DNA from: a virus
Virus record (IMG/VR): IMGVR_UViG_3300042397_001844
Span: 8,887 to 72,886 of that record
DNA: 64,000 bases
Reading direction: 5' to 3' (one strand)
Shown here piece by piece: positions 57,288 to 64,000 of the stretch. The notes under the pieces were generated by a model that worked only from the letters and a program-made list of their open reading frames with translations, had not been told where the DNA came from and searched no databases. Both the position numbers and the translations under genes were made by a program. Each line of letters begins with the position of its first letter. Position 1 is the stretch's first letter.

Positions 57288-60200
57288 TTATTTTTTCTTA
57301 TTTGCTTTTGCCGCTCTATTATTTACTCTTTTACCAATAGATTGTCTAGCTTTCTCATTTGATTCGGATGTATCTCCATTTTTACGATTTGCTTCAGAAA
57401 TAGCTAATGCAAAATCATCGGAACAAGATATTTCAAAACCAACAGTTCCTTCATATCCTTTACCTTTTTGTCTTGCACCTACTACACCAATCGGAATATC
57501 TTTACCATCTTTGGTTTTTGCACCATATACTAATATAGTTTCACCATTTGGTAATCTTTTTAATTTCATACCTTTTTGTAATTCATCATAGTTTGCTACA
57601 CCAAATACAGTTTGTAAAGTTTTTTGAGTTACTTTCATACCATCTATACACATAAACTCCTCACCCTGCATACAAGTCTTCATTGGGAATGCATCTGCCA
57701 ATTTCTGCATTAAACCTCCCATTAATTGAGGACTTTCTGGTAATACTTCCATTAAAGCATTTCCGGCTTCTACTGCTAAATTATAATGTTTACTCAAAGC
57801 TTTTTCAGCTTTAGTATCACCAGCAGCTATTGCTACTTTAGATGCCAACACTGCTACTTTACATACTCTATCATCGGTTGTATCCTCCCCAGCTGCACTT
57901 AATTTTTGTCTTATACATGTAGTTATATCTTTAGTACCACTTGCTTTACAATCCTTAACTGCTTTGTAAGCAAATTTAGCAAAATCTTTATCACCACCAT
58001 CTATATTTTTTGCATTATCAATCACATTATTTGCGTTTCTAATATTAGTGTTTGCTGTTTTAATTAAACTTTCTGCTGATTTTGTTTGAGCTCCTCCAAA
58101 ATTTCTAACTTTAGAAACTGCTTGTTGTACATGCGAAGGTGCTGCATCAAATGCTTTTGTTCTAATATCACCTGCTAATTGTTTCAATGCAGCTATTGCT
58201 TTTGTACCTTTTAATCCAGTAATTCTTTCAGCTGCTGCTAAGGCGGCCGCTCTATCTTCTGGATTTTTGTTTGATGCTCCTGCTTTTGTTACTATTGCTT
58301 CATATCCTTTTACTCTTTTTCTCTCCTTATCATCTAAGAAGTTTAATACAAAATTATTAACTTCATTAATTGAACCATTAAAGAAGAAAATGTTTTCATC
58401 TTTCTTTAAAGAATTCTTTTGTGCTCTAGCAGGTCCGTTTGGTTTACCATTTTTATCTAAAGGTTGTACTCTTAACATTACATCGGTTGAGAATCCTTTG
58501 TTTTTATAATCTAATCCTAATGATTCAACATCACTCCTAATATCCCAAGCAGCTCCTTCAAATCTCCACTGACCTTTACCATATTTTTCATCCATTGCCG
58601 AATCAAATGCTTCTGCGTGTGTTAGTGAGGCCTCTACCCAATCTTTAGTTGCAATTGAACTTTGTTTTCCACCTCCAAATTCTTCTGCTGATTTTGCAAT
58701 CTCAGCGCTCATTATATCAGCAAGTTGTCTTCTTTGTTGTGGGTCTCTCATTGACATAAATGCCATTGCCATTACTTCACCAAATTGAGATTGAATTTGC
58801 CCAGCACCACCTTGCTTTATTAATTCAGTTACAGGTGGTTTTTTACCTTTAACTTGTGTATTAATACATCTTTCTAAAAACTTAATATATTTTTCAGGAA
58901 ATCCTGATTCTTTTAATTTTGTTCTTGTATCTTTATCTACTTTATATGGCTCTTTTCTAACCAAAGAAGAATGCTTTCTTCCACCATTTGAAGTTGAATA
59001 GTAATCATCATCGGAATATCCATCAGCCATATCTTGGTTTGAATACTCTGGTGCCAATTCTCTCATATCATCAGGAGTTGCTTCTCCCGTATTTACATAT
59101 TTTTCTAATATAGAATCAAGTTCTTCGGGTTTTACTTCTAAAATAGTCTTACCTTCATCTCCGTTCTTTTTGTGTGGATTATTTGTTTCAACTCTTTCTT
59201 TTTTAGCTGGAACTGATGCTTTTTTTACATCCGGCTTCATATCAGGAGTTTTTCTAAAATCACCAGCTCCTAATTTTTTAGTTGGAGCTTGTGGTGTTGT
59301 AGTACCTCCTGCATTTTTAATATCTCTCTTATTAGGAACATCGTGTTGTGCTGATTTTGGTGCTATTACAGTATAAACATTACCAGTCTTTTTACTTTTT
59401 ACCCAATACTTACCATCATCTGATTTTGGATATGTTGCTTCATCTATAAAGCCATAAATCATTTCTAACATTAACTCATTTGCTAAATCTATACTTTCTT
59501 CTTTCATTTTTGGTTCTATTGGTGTTTCAACGTTATCAGTTTCACCATTTTCTTTTTTCTTATTATATGAATCAACCATATCCTCCATCATTTCATCACT
59601 AATTTCCATTTCTTCAAGTCCTTTTGCAATCAATTCAGTAAACTTTAATATGTTTGCATCCATTTCAGCTTCACCATCCGCATCAGCAAATACAGCTGCT
59701 TTACCAACTCCCTTTAGAATTGTCTCACCAATAATGTGAGGTATAAACTCCATTGCTACGTGCTTTCCAAATGCAGCAACACCATGTGATAATCCACCAA
59801 ATGCAGCTCCGAATACGGCGGTAGTTACTACTTTAAATGCAACTGCTTTAACGGCTTTTTGTTCATGCTCACTCAAAGGTTTACCACTAAAAAAGTTTTG
59901 AACTCCTTTACCAGCTGCTTTAAATTCCTCAACCTCATGCTTAGCTCCTTTCTTAATTGCCTTCAAAGCCCCAGCTGCTTTATCTTTTAAAGCCTGTCCT
60001 AAACTTCTACGTTCTTTTGAACCAGGCGCACCTTCGTTTTTCTCAAAGAATGCTTTTTCCTTTTCAGTCCATTTATCTATTTTTTGTTTTATCTTATCAG
60101 TAATTTTTGGTACTGATGTTACGGCTGATGGTGTCTCTTTATTTGCATCTGCTTTCTTAGGTGCGATTCCCATATCTTCTGCAAACTTATTTGCCATTGG

Positions 60201-61478
60201 TATTGCATCTTTAATATCCTGGTCTAATACCGTTGTTTTCATTGGTATTTGTTTGTCTGGATTTTGTGCATTATATGCTACAATTGCTGCCCATCTATGG
60301 TGGCCATCAATTACATATCCATCTCTACTCACATATATTGGTGCGGTAATTTTTGGATGATTAGGGTCTTTCTCTAAAGCCCCCATCATACCAACTACTT
60401 TTGCTCCAACTAAATCTTTTTGTGTTGCTTTTAATTTATCAGCAGGTACTTCAGTTTGTAAGGTTTTAATTCCCTTCTCTTTTAACATTTCTTTGAATAC
60501 AGGTTCAGTATCAACCTCACCACTAGCATCAGCTTCCATTCCAGCTGCTCTACTACCCGGCGATGCATTTCCTTTAAATTGTGGCATCTCATCTCTTGGT
60601 ATTCCTAAGTTATCATCACAATATAAGTTTGTACCTGGCACAGTTACATCACATAAATTAACATTTGGTGCAGGTTCTCCTTTAGCTTTAGCATCAGCTA
60701 CTTGCTGTGCTACTTTATTAATATCTGTATTGAATTGTTCTAACTCCTTTGGGTCTATTGCATCTGGAATATCACTACCACCACTAAATGTATCAGTATC
60801 GGCTTGTGGCATTTCCTTTGCTACATCTTTAATATCAATTGGATTAAATTTAGCATCTAATGGATTTGGTTCTTCTTTTGATTTTTCAGAATCAGCTTCT
60901 TTATCCTTTTGTGCTATCTTATCATTTGCCGCTTTTTCTCTATCCATTCTAGCTCCCATTGCAGGGTCTGCTTTTGGGTCAAACATTGATGCCGCTTGCT
61001 TTTGTTTTTCCTTTTCAGCATCAGCTCCACCTACCGCACCACCTTCTCCACCTTCAGGTTTTTTTGGTTGTCCTTCACCACCCAATTCCTGATTTAATTT
61101 TTCTCTTTCTGGAGAACCTTCCGGTGGTAACATTTTTTCTGCTGCCGTTCTAGCAGGACTTCCTTCCGGTTGTCTTAATAGATTTCCAACAATACCTTCT
61201 TTATCTTCACCACCTGTACTCTTATAAGTTACTTTTTTATTTAAGATAGGATTAGTAAAGTTTTTATCAGCTTCTGCAATATCTTGAGGAGTCTTTCCCT
61301 TTTCGGTTAAAAGATTTTCAATTAGCATATCTTCTATTTGAGATATTCCCATTTCTTTTAATACAATACGCAACTCTTTTAAGTGAGTTGGATTTTTCAC
61401 ATCAGGCATACCATCTTTTACTCTGTATGCCCAATCTGATACGATTTCCTTTATTAATTCAGTTATATTCATATTCAT
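57288..61478 (-). CDS. Large multidomain protein: ParB/Srx-like domain, hydrophobic segment, possible C-terminal PD-(D/E)XK domain
   Basis: PIYVSRDGYVIDGHHRWAA; VVTTAVFGAAFGGL; GEV...STDV...NSLKK. Confidence 0.6.
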   Translation of the reverse strand: MNMNITELIKEIVSDWAYRVKDGMPDVKNPTHLKELRIVLKEMGISQIEDMLIENLLTEKGKTPQDIAEADKNFTNPILNKKVTYKSTGGEDKEGIVGNLLRQPEGSPARTAAEKMLPPEGSPEREKLNQELGGEGQPKKPEGGEGGAVGGADAEKEKQKQAASMFDPKADPAMGARMDREKAANDKIAQKDKEADSEKSKEEPNPLDAKFNPIDIKDVAKEMPQADTDTFSGGSDIPDAIDPKELEQFNTDINKVAQQVADAKAKGEPAPNVNLCDVTVPGTNLYCDDNLGIPRDEMPQFKGNASPGSRAAGMEADASGEVDTEPVFKEMLKEKGIKTLQTEVPADKLKATQKDLVGAKVVGMMGALEKDPNHPKITAPIYVSRDGYVIDGHHRWAAIVAYNAQNPDKQIPMKTTVLDQDIKDAIPMANKFAEDMGIAPKKADANKETPSAVTSVPKITDKIKQKIDKWTEKEKAFFEKNEGAPGSKERRSLGQALKDKAAGALKAIKKGAKHEVEEFKAAGKGVQNFFSGKPLSEHEQKAVKAVAFKVVTTAVFGAAFGGLSHGVAAFGKHVAMEFIPHIIGETILKGVGKAAVFADADGEAEMDANILKFTELIAKGLEEMEISDEMMEDMVDSYNKKKENGETDNVETPIEPKMKEESIDLANELMLEMIYGFIDEATYPKSDDGKYWVKSKKTGNVYTVIAPKSAQHDVPNKRDIKNAGGTTTPQAPTKKLGAGDFRKTPDMKPDVKKASVPAKKERVETNNPHKKNGDEGKTILEVKPEELDSILEKYVNTGEATPDDMRELAPEYSNQDMADGYSDDDYYSTSNGGRKHSSLVRKEPYKVDKDTRTKLKESGFPEKYIKFLERCINTQVKGKKPPVTELIKQGGAGQIQSQFGEVMAMAFMSMRDPQQRRQLADIMSAEIAKSAEEFGGGKQSSIATKDWVEASLTHAEAFDSAMDEKYGKGQWRFEGAAWDIRSDVESLGLDYKNKGFSTDVMLRVQPLDKNGKPNGPARAQKNSLKKDENIFFFNGSINEVNNFVLNFLDDKERKRVKGYEAIVTKAGASNKNPEDRAAALAAAERITGLKGTKAIAALKQLAGDIRTKAFDAAPSHVQQAVSKVRNFGGAQTKSAESLIKTANTNIRNANNVIDNAKNIDGGDKDFAKFAYKAVKDCKASGTKDITTCIRQKLSAAGEDTTDDRVCKVAVLASKVAIAAGDTKAEKALSKHYNLAVEAGNALMEVLPESPQLMGGLMQKLADAFPMKTCMQGEEFMCIDGMKVTQKTLQTVFGVANYDELQKGMKLKRLPNGETILVYGAKTKDGKDIPIGVVGARQKGKGYEGTVGFEISCSDDFALAISEANRKNGDTSESNEKARQSIGKRVNNRAAKANKKK

Positions 61479-62080
61479 TAAAATTTATGGTCGTTTGCTT
61501 CACATACCATTTCCAACTCATCCCAATTAAATTTAGGTTTTTCATTTAGAAATACATAACACTTCCATTTCTTTTGTTTTTCAAAATAGATATGTTTTTG
61601 TAAGTGGGATGGTATTGCTGCTCCAGTTGCTACTCTTTTAGCAGGAGTATCAAAGAATGTTTTTATTAATACGGTAATATTTTCGGTATCATCCCATTTA
61701 CGGATTTGTTCTTCTAACATTCTCCATTCACCTCTATTAAGATATTTATCCTGCATTATGCAATTTAGATAAGAAAATGTTTGTTTTAGATTTACCATAT
61801 TATCAGAAAATGTTGCAGCTGGTGCACCATGTCCTTTGTCATATATGTTTGCTTTATAATCATCACCATCTGATGTTTTGATATTTGCTTCTTTATAAAA
61901 ATCCATAGCTCCTCTATTCACATTTGTAGGACGGTTAGTAGAACGATACTTAATTACTAAGGGTTGTTCTAACGATTGTGAGTATAAAACCTCAAACACA
62001 TTATTTTTAATTCTTACATTTTGTCCAAAGGAAACCAAAGAAAGGATTAAAAAAATAAAAAGGATAACGATTTTCTTCAT
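61478..62080 (-). CDS. DNA/RNA non-specific endonuclease (His-Me finger) with signal peptide
   Basis: MKKIVILFIFLILSLVSFG signal peptide; YDKGH.APAA, TF...N...Q...LNRGEW..LE. Confidence 0.88.
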   Translation of the reverse strand: MKKIVILFIFLILSLVSFGQNVRIKNNVFEVLYSQSLEQPLVIKYRSTNRPTNVNRGAMDFYKEANIKTSDGDDYKANIYDKGHGAPAATFSDNMVNLKQTFSYLNCIMQDKYLNRGEWRMLEEQIRKWDDTENITVLIKTFFDTPAKRVATGAAIPSHLQKHIYFEKQKKWKCYVFLNEKPKFNWDELEMVCEANDHKF

Positions 62081-62119
62081 ATTATAGCACGTTTTTGTAT
62101 ATACTATAAATATGGGTTC

Positions 62120-63406
62120 TTATAGTTTTCCGTAATCCAAACCCCAACTAGCCTTAACAGGGAAACCACTTCCTTCGATGATTTCCTTCAATCCCTTAAT
62201 CAATCCCTTATCAATATCAGTCGGAACATCAAAAAGAAACGAGTCATATGTGTATAAACAAAAGTTAATACCACTACCTCTTATATAATCCAATATCTTT
62301 CTCATAACCTCAATGTTCATCTCAGTCTCAACGGCTTGTAATAAGTAGTTGAATACCTTTTGTGCATTTGGTTGTTCTATCCAGCTCAATGGGATTTCTC
62401 TATGTGGTGTTTGTAAGTATCCCTTCTTTTGTACATCAATCCATAAGGTATCAATGTAATCAGCTACCGCATTAAAATATGGGATTTGACGGAAATCATC
62501 ATCAATACCACCATAAAGTAATTGGAACGTAATACCCTTTGATTCATCCACACTACATCCATATTGTTCGGCCAACCACTCATGCACACTGGTTTTGGGA
62601 AGCTCAAAGTTTACCAACTTACCAATCAATCGAGGGTGATATGCGTTATAATCCATTTGTAGGAATATACCATCGGAAACGAAACATTCTCTACTACCAT
62701 CGGTTTTATTTAAGGCGGCATAGTTCACACCACCATGTCTATTGGATGGTCTACCTGTCACCGTAAATGGATTGTATTCGGTGTACACTAAGTTATCGGA
62801 GGATACTTGCTTTTGAGCTTGTGGCCATCTATCAGTAAATTTTTTCCCATCGACACGGATTCCAAATTGTTCGATATCTGAAAGGGTAGGTATAAACACT
62901 TCGTTGTACCACTTAAGAGTAGTAGTGTATGGTTCATTATGGAAGTATTTACGAAATTGCGGTTCTATCACCTCTACAATCTTCATTAGAGGAAGGGATT
63001 GGATTAAGTCATCTCTATACCCTTTGTGAGTCAACGTTGAAAGGAGAGGATTTAAAGGGGCTTCATAATCAATTACCTTTGCTTCCTTTCTAAAGTATGC
63101 AGAATCTACATCGTATAGATTTACTGAAACATTAAGAGTATGTAATATCTTCTTTTTTTGGAATACCCACTTTTGTCCGTTGGTATTTATGATAGATTCT
63201 ATTTGCGCATTACTTAACGATAGAGCGTCTGTATGTTTATGAGGTAGAATGTATAAGCCATCTGAACATCGTACAACTACGAGCGAAATAGAAGTGTTTA
63301 ATGGATGCTTACTATTATCTACCCACAATGGATACCAAATAGATGCTTCCGTTTCCAGCTTTTGTTTTAATTCATTAATTTCCTCAATAGACTCAATAAT
63401 CTTCAT
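62120..63406 (-). CDS. Short, divergent family A DNA polymerase
   Basis: T.TGRPS, motif A DYNAYHPR, motif B KGITFQLLYG, NYLLQ, motif C YDSFLFD. Confidence 0.8.
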   Translation of the reverse strand: MKIIESIEEINELKQKLETEASIWYPLWVDNSKHPLNTSISLVVVRCSDGLYILPHKHTDALSLSNAQIESIINTNGQKWVFQKKKILHTLNVSVNLYDVDSAYFRKEAKVIDYEAPLNPLLSTLTHKGYRDDLIQSLPLMKIVEVIEPQFRKYFHNEPYTTTLKWYNEVFIPTLSDIEQFGIRVDGKKFTDRWPQAQKQVSSDNLVYTEYNPFTVTGRPSNRHGGVNYAALNKTDGSRECFVSDGIFLQMDYNAYHPRLIGKLVNFELPKTSVHEWLAEQYGCSVDESKGITFQLLYGGIDDDFRQIPYFNAVADYIDTLWIDVQKKGYLQTPHREIPLSWIEQPNAQKVFNYLLQAVETEMNIEVMRKILDYIRGSGINFCLYTYDSFLFDVPTDIDKGLIKGLKEIIEGSGFPVKASWGLDYGKL

Positions 63407-63411
63407 AGATA

Positions 63412-63443
63412 CAAAGATACGAAAATTATATTAAAATACCAAA
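63412..63443 (-). promoter_or_regulatory. Bacteroidota-type promoter, probably leaderless transcript for the PolA gene
   Basis: TTTG-N20-TATCTTTG ending 5 nt before the ATG. Confidence 0.7.
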
Positions 63444-63448
63444 TCTTT

Positions 63449-63841
63449 TTAGGAAATATCAACTACCCATAATTTTGGGTTATATCCATAATGTACCAAT
63501 CCAGACAAACGAGTATTACCTGCAACCAAATCATAATCATTATCTGAAAACTTTACTACGATTGGATATTCCACTAATCCATCTTGAATGTATTGTTTTA
63601 CAAATTTAATTTTTTTGGGTTCTAATGAATTAAAGTTTAAATCAACATTACCTAATATATCTTTTATAGAATTGAAATCAATAACATATCCGGCTTTACC
63701 TTTTTTAATCCATTCCAATCTACCCATTTCAACGAATTCAGGATATCGTTCAGCTTCCTCCCATTCACTATCAAAGTTTGGATGGATATACTTAATATTA
63801 TTTTTTTCTTCCAATAATGCTTTTAAAGATATCATATACAT
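63449..63841 (-). CDS. Small ParB/Srx-like protein
   Basis: YPIVVK...YDLVAGNTRL; N-terminal SLKALLEE. Confidence 0.6.
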   Translation of the reverse strand: MYMISLKALLEEKNNIKYIHPNFDSEWEEAERYPEFVEMGRLEWIKKGKAGYVIDFNSIKDILGNVDLNFNSLEPKKIKFVKQYIQDGLVEYPIVVKFSDNDYDLVAGNTRLSGLVHYGYNPKLWVVDIS

Positions 63842-63847
63842 AAATAT

Positions 63848-63881
63848 AAAAAAATCCCAAACTATTAAAGTTCGGGATTTT
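63848..63881 (-). terminator. Intrinsic terminator directly after the tmRNA
   Basis: AAAATCCCGAACT-TTAAT-AGTTTGGGATTTT plus T-tract on the minus strand. Confidence 0.75.
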
Positions 63882-64000
63882 GGTGGAGATGAGGGGAATC
63901 GAACCCCTGTCTTACAAAGTAATCATAATACCAGCATATCACACGTTTAGGTAAAGTTTAATCTTATTCACTTTCCAAAATAATTGGGGCCGTATGGTTA
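63881..64000 (-). ncRNA. ssrA: tmRNA, 3' part (continues beyond the window)
   Basis: Minus strand ends ...CTAAACGTGTGA...GACAGGGGTTCGATTCCCCTCATCTCCACCA: T-arm, Ala-type acceptor CTCCACCA, no anticodon arm upstream. Confidence 0.85.

Noticed and set aside
62120-63406. DpoZ / Z-genome (2-aminoadenine) system
   Set aside because: No PurZ, DatZ or MazZ in the window, and the PolA is too short and accompanies a full PolB replisome.
3923-63950. All other plus-strand ORFs and short nested minus-strand ORFs
   Set aside because: They overlap well-supported minus-strand genes, lack motifs and oppose the uniform transcription direction or frame.
63881-63960. tRNA gene
   Set aside because: A T-arm and acceptor 3' strand are present, but there is no D-arm, anticodon arm or matching 5' strand at tRNA distance; the context fits tmRNA.
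1-64000. Stop-codon recoding or a diversity-generating retroelement
   Set aside because: The standard code gives dense, full-length genes ending in TAA or TAG, and no reverse transcriptase or adenine-specific TR/VR pair was seen.

Overview
This is a 64 kb segment of a large, AT-rich, probably lytic dsDNA phage genome; every credible gene is on the minus strand. The host is most likely Bacteroidota, based on nine TTTG-N20-TAnnTTTR promoters, an Hc1/histone-H1-like gene and an SprB-like repeat. From right to left (direction of transcription) it contains: the 3' end of a tmRNA; a ParB-like gene; a short, atypical family A polymerase; a secreted non-specific nuclease; a 1396 aa multidomain protein; a GH19 endolysin; and an Alt-like ADP-ribosyltransferase. 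Next is a T4-style replication block (SSB, RecA/UvsX, 5'-3' exonuclease, DnaB/gp41, class I RNR, thioredoxin, PolB, clamp, dUTPase, clamp loader). A candidate DNA-modification cluster is interleaved with that block: two Mom paralogues, DUF262-HNH, a GT-B enzyme and a DUF4338/DruA-like protein. Then comes a roughly 27 kb glycan-biosynthesis locus containing an ACP/adenylation/ketoreductase/GNAT-GT acylation cassette, flanked and interrupted by Ser/Thr/Gly-rich fibre genes (collagen-like, hendecad and mucin-like). The best candidates for undescribed biology are (i) replisome- or clamp-coupled DNA hypermodification, (ii) a self-encoded acylated and methylated virion glycan coat, and (iii) an accessory PolA with a substituted steric gate. 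All product calls come from motif recognition by eye; no database searches were run.
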